Assembly (NCBI RefSeq): GCF_009914755.1
Contig: NC_060925.1
Source of the DNA: the human T2T-CHM13v2.0 reference genome, Homo sapiens
Direction: 5' to 3' (one strand)
Length of the DNA stretch: 64,000 nucleotides
The translations under genes and the position numbers were made by a program. Below are positions 29,305 through 44,574 of the stretch, piece after piece. Under the pieces are notes generated by a model. The model ran no database searches, was not told the DNA's origin, and saw only the letters and a list, made by a program, of their open reading frames with translations. Numbering within the stretch: the stretch's first letter is position 1; every line of letters begins with the position of its first letter.

Positions 29305-29608
29305 AGCCCTCTCCATAGGGCATATGCCGAGTAAATGACTTTTTAACTTTACTTCATCCTCGTCATTTACATAGGGCATACACCAAGCAACCAATGGAAT
29401 CCTCTAGAGGATATTTAAACTCTAGAGAGTATTCTGTAACAGGGTCCTTGAGCCCCTATACTCTGACCCGCTCCCACACTGTGGAGTGTACTTTCATTTT
29501 CAATAAACCTCTGCTTCTGTTACTTCATTCTTCCTTTGCTTTTTTTGTGCATTTTGTCCAATTCTTTCTTCAAGATGCCAAGAACCTGGATACCCTCCAC
29601 CAGTAACA
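29305..29608 (+). mobile_element. MER41-family LTR (ERV1), 3' half only
   Basis: cccgctcccacactgtggagtgtactttcattttcaataaa...ttgtccaattcttt...gccaagaacctgga.accctccaccagtaaca. Confidence 0.85.
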
Positions 29609-30719
29609 GAGACTATGGAATGAAGGGCTTAGTTTTGGGTTTCTTTTTCTGTGGTCTGGCATAATGTCTTACAAAATAGGCACTAAATTATTATTTCATT
29701 AAAATGTGCAGGATTATATGGCCACTGGAACAGAGTATAAGCCAGGTCAGAGATATAAGGCAGGGCTGGAGACAGACACATGGATAGAACAGCCAAAAAT
29801 ACAGGGGAAAAGAAACAAAATCAGAGAAGAAGATAGAAGTGGGAATAGTGAAAGATAAAGAGACACATAGAGGGAAGGCAGCTAATGCTTTTATTTGAAG
29901 ATATGCAGTTCCCTTCTACATGTAAGTCTCTTCTCTGAAAATTTCATTTCTGTTCTGTTTTCATTGCTGAAACTCTTTTAAGCAATGCCTTACTTGTGAG
30001 CTAGCCCCAACATATCTCCTGCACATATTCTTCTGAGAGAGAACATGGGAATTTGCTGGTTAGTTTAGAGTCTTTGCCTGAAGCCCACTAGAGCCATAAT
30101 TGCACTCACCGTAATCTTCTCACAAGGTGCAGTGTGCCATTATGTCAGCCTACAAGGTGACAGTCCTCATCATAAACAAACCTCTTTATGACAATTGCCG
30201 AAAAGCAATCTCTGTCTCTCAAAGGTCCATCGCTTCATTAATGAACTTGTAATCCCAAGCAAACCTGTTTATCTGATTTATAGATGTTTCTGTCTCCTCA
30301 ACAGACCCATACATTTCTATGCCAGTCTCAGGGATCTCCTGGCTTGTCTGACAATAATCTGATTGAGAATGGCTATCACTGTTCTTCAGTTCCACACCTT
30401 GAAACCCACAAGACCGTCTCTGGGGAACTGAAAAGTCATGCTCTGTTGCTTTCAAATGTTTTTAAAACACACAACCATTCATGGCAGACCCCAAGTGTCC
30501 AACAATATGAGTAAGACTCCCTGAGATAGGTCACACTGAGTCAAGATTCTGCATTAACCCTATAAGCTGCTTTATTCTAGGACCAGCACAAATAAAGAAT
30601 GTGTAGAGAATTTTTTTTTACTTCTGAGATTATTAAATCTAGTAAAGCTAACCATATACCCATTGTTTCCAAGACAAATGTTTTCACTGTTTCAACCCAA
30701 TTTAAGTGACCATCAACAT

Positions 30720-31330
30720 TATCTTTCTCAACAAGATGGCAATATCTTTCTAACTGGTGTCCCTGAATTCACTTTTTCCTAATTCTGATCAATTCTCCAC
30801 TCAGCAGCCCAAGTGATCTTAAAAATGTAACCTGGATGATGTCATTTACTTGCTTACAAATTGTTAGTTGCTTCTCATTCAAGTCAGTAACGCATAGGTC
30901 CCTTCTGGACCCTCATATGTGCCGTTCCATCTGCCTGAAAGGTTCTTCCTTCTACTCTTCACCCAACTAATATTTACCCTTCAGAACTTAGTTTAAAGTT
31001 TGCCTCCTCAGAGGTTGCAGTGGGCCGAGATCATGCCACTGCACTCCAGCCTGGGCAACAGAGCAAGACTCCATTTCAAAAATAAATAAATAATAAAATT
31101 TGCCTCCTTTATACAGCTTTCCTGATTAAGCACTCCTTCCTCATTTATACTCTCTCACATTTATCTGAAGCTGAGATTGTATATCTATTTGCATGTTTAT
31201 TTATTTATGGTGTATTTTTCCAACCAAAATATAAGTTCTATGAGGACAAAGAATGTATCTCTTTGTTCACTGTATACCAGTACCTGGCACTAGCAGATGT
31301 TTAATAAGTATTTATTGAAAGAACAAATAA
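30720..31330 (+). mobile_element. L2 LINE 3' region, interrupted by an Alu fragment
   Basis: ctaactggtgtccctg...ctccactcagcagcccaagtgatctt...cctggcactagcagatgtttaataagtatttattgaa. Confidence 0.75.
31009..31093 (+). mobile_element. Severely 5'-truncated Alu (3' ~85 bp)
   Basis: cagaggttgcagtg...gactccatttcaaaaataaa; TSD taaa(g/a)tttgcctcct. Confidence 0.9.
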
Positions 31331-31433
31331 GTAAACAAATGCAGCCATTGGTAATCAAGGCTTCAGAAATATTAACTAGTATGAATAAATGTTAGGATAT
31401 AATATCTGATGGATAAATATCAGATAATCATGT

Positions 31434-31652
<219 letters not shown>

Positions 31653-32029
31653 TCAGATAAAAATTACATGTAGACTGTAATTACAAATTTAAAATGTGCA
31701 TATGCATAAATACCTATCTTAGAAAAACGACTAGACAAACACATCAAATATAATACTTTTTCTCTTTGCAGTGAATAATGAGTAATTTTACTTCCATGAT
31801 TACCCTTTTTTAGTATTTCCAGATTTTTTACATTAAACATGTATTACTTTAATAGAAATACTATTTTTAATCAGCTATAATCCTTTCACAGCTCCCAGTC
31901 TTCTCCCACCAGGCTCACTTCTTCATTAGTTTCTTTTTACCAAACACCATCTGCTCTCTTCTGGCTTTCCACCTTGGCTCCTGCTAATCTTCTTGCCTGG
32001 AGTAGCCTCTCCTTCCACCTGAATATACC

Positions 32030-32393
32030 TTTCACAGAGACCACTCCTGCTCAACAAACATCTAGCCCCCATGCCTATGGGTGAGGCGTGGTGTCCAATT
32101 CTGACCAATTAGATGAAGGTAGAAGTCATGACTGCTACTTCCAGGCCTAGACATAAAATCATCCCATAGAATCTTCCAGCCCTCTCTTCCCCTTGGTGAT
32201 CTTGGAGGCCAGGTATTATAGATTGCATACTTACAAGATCACATACAGTATTACTTGGGTGAGTACTGACCAGAAAGAGCCCCTCAGTTCCCATCAAACT
32301 GTGACACAAGCAACAAATAAACAATTAGTTTGTTAAGTTCATATTATTAGGGGTTTGTTTGTTGCTGCAGTTAACATTAATTACTTGAACAAC
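32030..32393 (+). mobile_element. MaLR LTR, MLT1I/J-like
   Basis: ttctgaccaattagatgaaggtagaagt...cttccaggcct...aaataaac...tttgtttgttgctgcagttaac. Confidence 0.6.
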
Positions 32394-32539
32394 ATATCTG
32401 TCTATCCTTCAGGGTTAAGATCAAGTATTACCACTCCCAAGAGATCTTTCTCTAATCATTAAAATATTCATTCTTGTACATACTTGACACTAGATCTGAT
32501 CTGAGTCATTCTTGCTTCATATCTGACTGTGCATTTCAG

Positions 32540-32850
<311 letters not shown>

Positions 32851-33950
32851 GCATTTTAGCTTCACAATTAAAATTTAAGCTCTTGGGAAAGTTTCTTTGA
32901 AGTCTGTTAAGTCTTTTGCATTACCTACATACGGTCAATTAGGTGGACAATAAAGACAAGAAAGGAAGAAGGAACTGGTTGTTTGACACTGGGAAACAAT
33001 CCGTTCATGTCGATCAATTCAGCAGCCCAGGGTAAATGATTGTTTTTGGCATAGCAAAATTCATGAAAAATAGGACACAGAGGTGGAAATATCTGAGGGC
33101 AAGCAGAGAATGGGAAATATGGGAGAAATAAAATTTGTAATTTTAAAGAAATTTTAGTAACCTCTGGGGAAAATTGATTCAGTATTTATTGAACATACAC
33201 TCTATGCCAAGTGTTGCAGTAGGATGTTTGTTTTGCATACATTAGTCCTCACAACAGTACCATAAATTTGGTTTTGCTATACTGGTTATATAGACAAGAA
33301 AACTGAGCTAGAATGTTCAAAAGACTTTTCCAAGATCACACAGCTATTAAATAACAAACCTATTCGTAACACCAAACCAGTCCCTCATTCAATCATCTCC
33401 TCAAAAAATATTTATTGAAAACCAACTATATGCCAAGTACTTTTCTTGGCACTGAGAAACAGACAAAATCTTTCCTTTTATAAAGCCTTCATTTTAGGAC
33501 AAAGAGACATAAAATAAATACATGTATTTTTAAATATCATAATGTTTAAAACATAATATTGTGTGAATAAGTGCTATGGTGAAAAATAAAGTTCAGAAGA
33601 GGATGGGGTGGGAGGATATGGGCGAGTGGAGGTTACAGTATTAAATAAGGTGGTCGGGGAGACCTGAGACAGTGAAATTTGAGTAACTTCCTTAACTAGA
33701 TAAGAGAGTGAACTATGTAGATAACCAGCAAGGGCAAAAATGCTGAGGTGGGAACCTGTGGGTCCCAATTGAGGAATAATGAGGTCAGTGTGGTTGGAGT
33801 AAAGTGGGAAATGGGGCAAAGAGGAGGAGATGATGAGGTCATAGAGATTATGTGAGCTCAGACCATGCCAAGTCCTGTAAGCTTTAACTGAGTGAGTTCT
33901 AAAGATACTCCCAGGTTTTCTTTTTTCCCCCCTCATAAAAAGAAATAGAT

Positions 33951-34620
<670 letters not shown>

Positions 34621-34937
34621 GGAAAGAATTACTTTAGATCTGCTGTTGAGATTAAATTTCATAAGAGGAAAGGCCAGAAACAAAAGATCAGTTAAGAGGC
34701 TGCAACACTAATCCAGGTAAGAAATTACAGCAACCTGAACCACCTGGTTGTTGACTTTGTACATAGTTGGAGTGCTGGAGCTTTTAAGATTTGTTGGTGG
34801 ATCTCTTAGAGTATGTGAGAAAAAGGCACAAGGATGGCTCCAAGATTTTGAGGTTGATCAACTGGAACAATGGGGTTGCTGTTTACTGAAAAGTAAAGAC
34901 TGAGGAAAGAACAAGTTTGAATAAGAAGTTCAGGTGT

Positions 34938-37900
34938 ATCCTGAAGCTCTCAGATCATAAAAAATTATTGCTAGACTTAAGAAATGAAATAGCAACACAA
35001 CAATAGTAGGGGACTTCAATACTCCACTGACAGCACTAGACAGGCCATCAAGACAGTAAGTCAACAAAGAGACAATGGACTTCAACTATACCCTAGAACA
35101 AATGCTCTTAACAGATATTTACAACATTCTTCCTAACAACTGCAGAAAATACATTTTTCTCATCAGTATATGGAACATTCTCCTAGATAGACCATATGAT
35201 AGGCCACAAAAGAAGTCTCACTAAATTTAAGAAAACCAAAATTATATCAAGAATTTTCTCAGACCACAGTGGAATAAAACTGGAAATTAATTCCAAAGGG
35301 AACCCTAAAACTATACAAATACATAGAAATTAAAATCTGCTCTTGAATGTTTGATGCATTAACAATGAAATGAAGAAGGAAATTTATAAATTATTTGAAA
35401 TGAATAATAATAGTGACACAACATATCAAAACCACTGGGATACAGCAAAAGTGGTGCTAAGAGGAAAGTTCATAATGTTAAATGCCTACACCAAAAAGTC
35501 TGAAAGAATGCAAATAGACAACCTAATGTCACACCTCAAGGAACTAGAGAAGCAAGAACAAACTAAACTCAAACCCACCAGACGAAAAGAAATAAAAAAG
35601 ATCAGAGCAGAACTAAATGAAATTGAAACAAAAAAAATACAATACAAAAAATAAATAAAAGGAAAACCTGGTTCTTTGAAAAGATAAACAAAATTGATAG
35701 ACCATTAATGAGATTAATCAAGAAAAGGAGAGAGAAGATCCACATAAGCTCAATCAGAAATGAAACTGGAGATATTGCAACAGATGCCACAGAAATACAA
35801 ATGATCATTCAAAGCTACTATGAGAACCTTTATGCACACAAACTAGAAAATCTAGAGGAAATGGATAGATTTATGGAGATATACAACCCTCCTAGATTAA
35901 ATCAGGAAGAAATAGAAAGCCTGAACAGACCAATAACAAGCAGCAAGACTGATTCAGTAATTTAAAAAAATTGCCAACATAAAAACGTCTAGGACCAGAT
36001 GTATTCAAAGCTGAATTCTACCATACATTCAAAGAAGAATTGGTACCAATCCTACTGAAACTATTCCAAAATATAGAGAAAGAGGGAATTCTCCCTAAAT
36101 CATTCTATGAAGCCAGTATCAACCTAACACCAAAACCACTAAAGGACATAACAACAACAACAAACTACAGACCAATATCTCTGATGAACATAGATGCAAA
36201 CATCCTCAACAAAATACTGTACTAACTGAATTCAACAGCACAACAAAAAAATAATACATCATGATCACATGGGCTTCATCCCCAAAATGCAGGGATTATT
36301 TAACATATGCAAGCCAATAAATGTGATACATCACATAAACAGAATTGTTTTTAAAGAAAATCATATGATTGTCTCAATAGATGCAGAAGAAGCATTTGAT
36401 AACATCCAGCATCCCTTTCTGACAAAAACCCTCCATAAAATAGGAATAGAAGGGACTCATCTCAAAGTAATAAAAGCCATATATGACAAACCCATAGCCA
36501 ACATCTACAGAATGGGGAAAAGTTGAAAGCATTCCCCCTGAGAACTGGAACAAGACAACATAGTACTTGAAGTCATAGCCAGAGCAATTAGACAGGAGAA
36601 AGAAATAAAGGGCATCCAAATTGGAAAAGAGGAAGTCAAACTGTCACTGTTTGCTGATGATACAATCATATACCTAGAAAACCCTAAAGACTCATCCAAA
36701 AAGCTCCTAGATCTGATAAACAAATTCAATAAAGTCTCAGGATACAAAATCGATGTACATAAATCAGTAACACTGCTATATACCAACAATGGCCAAGATG
36801 AGAATCAAACCAAGAACTCAATCCCTTTTACAACAGCTGCAAAAATAAAATAAAATAAAATAACTTAGGAATCTACTTAACCAAGGAGGTGAAAGATTTC
36901 TACAAGGAGAACTACAAAATACTGCTGAAAGAAATCATAGATGACACAAAGAAAGAAAAACACATCCCCATGCTCATGGATGAGAAGAATCAATATTGTG
37001 AAAATGACCATACTGTCCAAAGAAATTTACAGATTCAATGCAATTCTGATCAAAATACCATCATCATTCTTCACAGAACCAGAAAAAACAATCCTAAAAT
37101 TCAAATGGAACCAAAAAATAGCCTGCATAGCCAAACAAAAAGAACAAATCTGAAGGCATCACATTATCTGACTTCAAATTATAATATATGGCTATAGTTA
37201 CAAAAACAACGTGGTACTGGTATAAAACTAGGCACATAGACCAATGGAACAGAATGAGAACCCAGAAATAAAGCCAAAACTCACAGCCATCTGATCTTTG
37301 ACAAAGCATACAAAAACATAAATTGGAGAAAGGACACCCTAATTCAATAAATGGTGCTGGGGAAACTACCAAGCCACATATAGGAGAATAAAACTGGATC
37401 CCCATCTCTCACCTTATGCATAAATCAACTCAAGATGAATCAAAGACAAAAGTCTAAGACCTGAAACCATAAAATTTCTAAAAGATAACATCAGAAAAAC
37501 TCTTCTGAATATTGGTTTAGGGAAAAAATTCATGACTAAGATCCTCAAAACAAATGCAACAAAAACAAAAGTAAGTAAATGGGACCTAATTAAAGTAAAA
37601 TGCTTCTGCACAGTAAAAGAAATAATCAGCAGAGTAAACAGACAACACACAGAGTGGGAGAAAATATTTGCAAACTATGCATCTGACAAAGGGCTAGTAT
37701 CCAGAATCTACAATGAACTCGAACAAATCAGAAAAAAAAAAATCCCATTATTTTAAGTGAAGTAACACAGGAATGGAAAACCAAGTATCATATGTTCTCA
37801 CTTATAAGTGAGAGCTAAGCTATGAGGATGCAAAGGCATAAGAATGATATAATGGACTCTGGGGGTTCGGGGAAGAAGGCTGGGATGGGGGCAATAGAGA

Positions 37901-38047
37901 TGGGTACAGTATACACTCCTTGGGTGACAGGTGCACTAAATTCTCATTAATCACCACAACAGAGCTTATCTATGTAACTAAAACCAATCTGTATCCCCAA
38001 AACTACTGAAATAAAAAATTTTAAGTTAGAATTAAAAAAATTCAAAA
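34938..38047 (+). mobile_element. L1PB (L1PB1-like) LINE, 5'-truncated and internally deleted
   Basis: ORF2 remnants plus 3' UTR (gctaagctatgaggatgcaaaggcataagaatgata); TSD aagaagttcagg at 34923-34934 / 38048-38059. Confidence 0.93.
34960..37790 (+). pseudogene. Disrupted L1 ORF2p (endonuclease/reverse transcriptase) remnant
   Basis: Fragments [45 protein letters not shown] (~36647) and [14 protein letters not shown]; multiple stops and frameshifts. Confidence 0.92.
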
Positions 38048-39887
38048 AAGAAGTTCAGGCATTTGGGTTTGGACATCATAGATTTGACATATATTTTTGC
38101 TATCCAAATGGAGCCATTGTGTAGGAGTCAGACATATGACTCCAGATATTAAGGAGAGGTTTAGACTAAAAATACAAATTTGGGCTTGCCAGCAGATACA
38201 TGGTGCTTCGGACCACGAGCCTGATTAAAGGCAATAGTGTAAATATAGGATAGGTTGTTAGAATCGAGTGTAAATAGAGACTAATGATGGTGCAGAACTG
38301 AGCCTAGTGTGTTTCCAACCTTAGAGTTTGTGGAGATAAGAAGGGAAACTGAGAAGGAGCCATCAATGAAATAAGAGGATAACCAGAAAAATTATAGTGT
38401 CCCCAAAGCCAAGTGAGGAATATACATCAAGGAAAAGAAAGTGATCAGCTGGCTCAAGTGCCGCTAATAGTCACAAGACACAGAGGGAAAATTAGCTATT
38501 ATATTTAGTAACATGGACGTCATTGTTGGCACTTAAAAGAGGAGTGTTGATGGAATAGTTCAAATGGAAGCTTGATTGACCATGATTTAAGAGACAATAT
38601 AAGAAGAAAAAATTGCAGGCAGTAAATGTAGGTGACTATTTTGAAGTGTTTTGCTATAAAGGGGAGCAAAAAATGAGACAGAAGTTACAGAGGCATGTGG
38701 TCTCAAGAAAATATTTTTCAGTTGGGAGAAATACTACATTTGCATTCTGATGAAAATGCTCTGTGAAAGAAGAAAAAAACTGATGATATAGGGGAAAGCA
38801 AAGAATTGATCAAGTATATTCTCAAGTGGGCAAGAAAGGATGGGATCTAGCACACAACTCAGCCCTTGAGATAGAATCCTGAACTGTGTATCCAGAATAA
38901 CTATAACAGGAGGGCACAGATAACAGGTGAGAGATGGTTGCTGTGATGGGAGGTTGGTAAAGTTCTCTTCCGAGTGATTTGATTTCTTGAAAAAATTGGA
39001 AGTAAGGTAATCAGCGGAGTATCAGCATGGGGATGATTACCGGAGATTTAAAAGAGAGAAGATAGTATGAAATAGTTGTCCAGAAGACAGCACAGGTTCG
39101 TTGCCCAGAGTTGACAGAAATTTGGATTTAACTAACGAATAGGGTTTTGCCCAGGTTAGTTCAGTTTGAAGAGAGATAGGCAACGGAATTGAGGAAATAT
39201 GCAAGGGGGTGATTATGATGTGGCTAAGGATGGAAATGATGACTTGAAGGGGATGAGTGACAAAAAAATATGGTTGTAGAAATGTATTGCAGGTTCTAAT
39301 GTGGTAAAGAATTGTGCTGGGGTAACAGAGGCAGTAAAAAAGACAGGAGGAAATTGGAGAGGGGGATATTATGGAGGCAATGGAGATATTGGTAACAACA
39401 GGTGCTGTAACAGGTGGAACCCAAGATCATCAGAGAAGAGAGAGGCAAGGAAGTGAGCAGACAGTGAAGCAGATGCTGTGGGTGTCCTCCTAGATCTCCT
39501 GGGTCCACTCTGGACGTCACACTAGACAATTCTCATAAATGCTGATGGCTTCCTATATCTCTCTGCCTGGAGGGTATTTTCTGGCCACAGGCATTTCCTT
39601 GGTTTACAGTATGTGGAGGATTCATGCTCCAGGAGAGAACCTTAAACAATTAGGAAAATAAATAAATACCCCAACTGTCTTGCTCCTCTGGCATGGAGTT
39701 CTGCACTATGTTCTACAATCTCTTAGAAGGTGCTAGTGAGATTCAGCCTCAGTTCTCACAGCAGAAACTCATTCATTAATCCATCTGTTTTTGGCTTTTC
39801 TTTCTTTGTCTTGCTTTCTTAACTGGACTTACCAAATGAATCACCTACACCAAATACTTGTCTCAGGTATGGTTTAGGAAAACCCAA

Positions 39888-40518
<631 letters not shown>

Positions 40519-40828
40519 AGAAAACCCAACTTAAGGTAGTTGAAATTTTGGAAGGACAAGTCTTGTGGACGTTGAAATTACCAACGAATAATTAGACAAT
40601 TCTCAATTATATATGAAGATGGTATTATTCACAGCTCTATATTTTAGAAGTAAAAATCTTGTTTTTGTGTATATTGGTGGTGGGGGGAGCAAACTGCTAT
40701 TATATTACCATTGCAGATTGGTTAAATACAGCATAGAATGGTTTTAATGAAACCCAATGTCGTTTTTCACAATGATTATAGCTGTAGATACAGCATAGTC
40801 ATTAAAAGACATTCAAGTTATGTGCACA

Positions 40829-40866
<38 letters not shown>

Positions 40867-40876
40867 CACACACACG
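40829..40876. repeat. Compound (TC)n(TA)n(CA)n microsatellite
   Basis: Read directly. Confidence 0.9.
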
Positions 40877-41034
40877 TATATGTGTTTTTTAAGAAAATTA
40901 TTTAGCAAGTATGTATTACTTGTGTAATACAAGTTTAAAAAACAATAACAGAGTTTTTTACCACCAGTCTGGGGAAGGCCCTACATTGTGTGAGCTTGGA
41001 GCTCAGTAATCTCACATATAAGATAAGGAGAAAT

Positions 41035-41135
41035 TATGGTAACCAGTTGTCCCAGTTTGCCCTTAATCTGAGGGGTTCCCTGGAATGCTACTAGAATTTC
41101 AGTGCTAAAACCAGGCAAACTGAGATGGTCCATCT
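41035..41135. mobile_element. hAT-Blackjack MITE, MER81-like
   Basis: ggtaaccagttgtcccagtttgccc...gaggggttccc...tttcagtgctaaaaccaggcaaactg. Confidence 0.65.
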
Positions 41136-43134
41136 CATGTGGAAATATTTATGCTCTTTTCCTTGTCCCTTCCAATAAATGGACAAATGACAAAACAGAA
41201 TATCTTGGAGTTTTGGACAGAAAAGCATGATAGAAACAGAAGAGATCATTATTATTCAGGAAACATGCTTTTTATTTTCTGGCTGTAAAGATCCAGGGAT
41301 GAAATCAACACATTTGGTTGATAATCCCCTTCACATGTGCATGCTAGTTTGACTTTCATTTTCATCTGCAGGGAGTCTTTAACAGCTGTTACTGTCAGGC
41401 CTTTGCACTTGGCTTCCAAACTATAAGAACCACACAAGAGCAAGAATATTCTGAGAATATAGTTGCAAGGGCTTAAGTAAAAATAGCTCACCAGCATTAT
41501 TATATAGAAATTCACAGCCTCTCTTTTCCTTCTCTCTCAGTCTCTTGCTCTCTTGGTTTCTCTCCCATGGGTACCAGGCAGAGATTCCAGAATGGGCACC
41601 GCTGCGCCTGTTTGGTATGCACACCATGTAGACAGTCCAGACAGAAGCCTCTCATTTAATTGTTCATTAGTGCTATCTGTTAAATAATGTTTAATGTTAT
41701 CTAAGAAGTTTAATGGCATCATTATTGGAAATATTGCAAAGACAAAAGGAAAAAAGTCATCCTTCTTGTATTTTCTGGACGTGTCACAAGCCTGCACATC
41801 TCAAGACTTGAGACCGTTAGCTATAGAAATAACACCTGTGCAATTTTCTTTCATTTACCCCAATTATATATGCTCTCCTTCTGTCCTGAAAGAATGAGTT
41901 GACCACACCTCCATTTAAAGCAGGCTCTCCAGACCCTTCTCAAACACACTTGTATGGGGATTCAACTTTGGATGAGGGAAGTCTAAGGGTGCTAAACTTT
42001 GCCATGTTTAGAAGAACCCAAAGCAAATAGAAAAAAACTGCCTGAGCTGTCTCAGAACAATTAAGTGAAAATCTCTTGTGTGGATCCTGGGCATTGGTAT
42101 GTTTAAACATTTCACCAGATGGTTATAGTGTGAAGTTTGTTCCAGTCCCTTTTCATATCTCAGCTCAATACTTGCTGCATTCATTCATTCATTCACTCAT
42201 TCATAACTAATTTATTGAGTATCCTCTATGAGTCTAGCACTCTTCTATGCCCTATAGAAGATAGAAAAGAAGTGGAAGATACAATTCCAACCCTTAGGAG
42301 AGTTATAAACCAGAGGTGGAAACAAGCTAAGCACATAGGTGAAGTGCCCTATAAAAGATAAAATTGCAATCAGTGAGAGTAATCAGGGAATACTTTATAG
42401 AGTAGGTTATATTTAACAATGAGAATTTAATTCCTAAAGCCAATAGACCCGGGCCTGACCAGATTCCACAGTATCTAGATCTATAAATCTATGCAAGTTA
42501 TTTTCTTCTTTGAGGCTTATTTTTCCCCCATTTACAAACTATCCTCCAAAGTTCACAAAGATCATCTTAGATAACATATGGGAACAAGCTTTTGTAAACT
42601 CTCAAGTGCTACTAGAGGTTTTATTAGTGATTGTATACTAAATATAGGGCCACATTTCATATTATCTGTCGCCATCCTAGCTATCAAAACTTATTTTCAT
42701 TTCTAACTTTAAAACCTAAGCCCTTTTCTTTATTTGAATGTTCATCTATAACTGGACTGATCTAATGTGCTTTCCTAAAACCTGCCACATATATTCCCAT
42801 CGTCATATCTTTGCTGATGCCGCTTCCTCCCAGAAATATCTTTTGCCCCAACTCCCTAATTCTTATTCAAATTGCTCCATTCAATTTATTGACAACTTGA
42901 ACATCACGTATTTTTTTAACTATGCTAACTCGCATTGATTTCACTCTCCTGAAAACTTACAGCCATTATTATACTGCATCATAATATGTCTTGGTTGTTT
43001 TATTTTTTCATGTTTCTGTCATGTCTCATCAACTGGTTTATAAGTTCTTTGAAGAACATGTACCATGGGCTGCATTGCTTTGCTCAATTACAAAGACTTG
43101 TGGCAAATAGAGGTTTAGTACATACTTGGAAGGA

Positions 43135-43258
43135 TAGAAAAGAAGAAAGGAAGGGAAGAAGGAAGAAAAGAAGGAAAGGAGGAAGGCAAAGTGTAAGGGA
43201 AGGAGGGAGGGCAGAACTGATGAGGGAAGATACAAGAATTGGAAGGAAGAAGAAGACT
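43135..43258. repeat. GA-rich low-complexity tract
   Basis: Purine-rich gaag/ggaa repeats. Confidence 0.8.
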
Positions 43259-43777
43259 TATTCTTCTACTTGAACTGAGATTTCCTAAGTTTTTAACCCT
43301 TGATTTAGTGGCTTTAGCACCCACACAGTTTTAGGTGCCGATCTCATCAAGAGGAATGTCTACTCATTGCCCTTCACATAAAACTGCAATAGCCTCTTGC
43401 TCTAAACATCTTTTTACCTATTTTTTCCCTGAAATCTTGCCTCTTCCTCGAGTTTGATATTTTAAGCTTCACTTGTACAAAGGGCTAAATGAGGCTTATT
43501 TCTTCTACCTCTACTTCTTTCCCTTATTTTGAGAATGAGGAGAGGGAAGTCTGATGATAGCTTCCTGGCAGGAATATTTGAGATGCCTGCTCTTTGACTC
43601 ATACTACACTCAAAGTTTGATGAAATCCAAAATATGACTTTTTTATGCTTCAGAATTTTTGTGCCTTGTCTAAAAAAAATTGCCTACATCAAGGTTACAA
43701 ATATTTTCCTTTACACTTTCTTTCCTGTTTTATAATTTTGGTATTTATATTTAAGTCTACAATCTATTTTGAATTAG

Positions 43778-44078
43778 TTTTTTTTTTTTTTTTTTTTTGA
43801 GATGGAGTCTTGCTCTGTTGCCCAGGCTGGAGTGCAGTGGTGCAATCTCGGCTCACTGCAAGCTCTGCCTCCCAGGTTCACCCATTCTTCTGCCTCAGCC
43901 TCCCAAGTAGCTGGGACTACACGTGCCCGCCACCATGACTGGCTAATTTTTTGTATTTTTAGTAGACACAGGGTGTCACCGTGTTAGGCAGGATGGTCTC
44001 AATCTCCTGACCTTGTGATCTGCCTGCCTCGGCCTCCCAAAGTGCTGGGATCACAGGTGTGAGCCACCGCACCCAGCC
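43778..44078 (-). mobile_element. Alu SINE, AluY-like
   Basis: gcaagctctgcc, ccgtgttaggcaggatggtctc; TSD tgaattagttt. Confidence 0.95.
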
Positions 44079-44233
44079 TGAATTAGTTTTTATGTATGGT
44101 GTGAGATAGAGGTTGCAATTTATTTTTTGTTTGTTTTTTCCCTAGGGATATCAAGTTGCTCCAGCACCGTTTATTGAAAACATCCTTTTTAAAATTGATT
44201 TGCCTTGGCAGTCTGGTTAAAAATAAGTTGACC

Positions 44234-44574
<341 letters not shown>

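Noticed and set aside
29305-29608. MER41 as an interferon-inducible STAT1 enhancer
   Set aside because: Only the 3' half of the LTR is present, and I see no TTCnnnGAA GAS motif in it.
35370-37756. Reverse-transcriptase-like ORFs as a novel RT system
   Set aside because: They are ordinary L1 ORF2p remnants, fragmented by stops, frameshifts and deletions.
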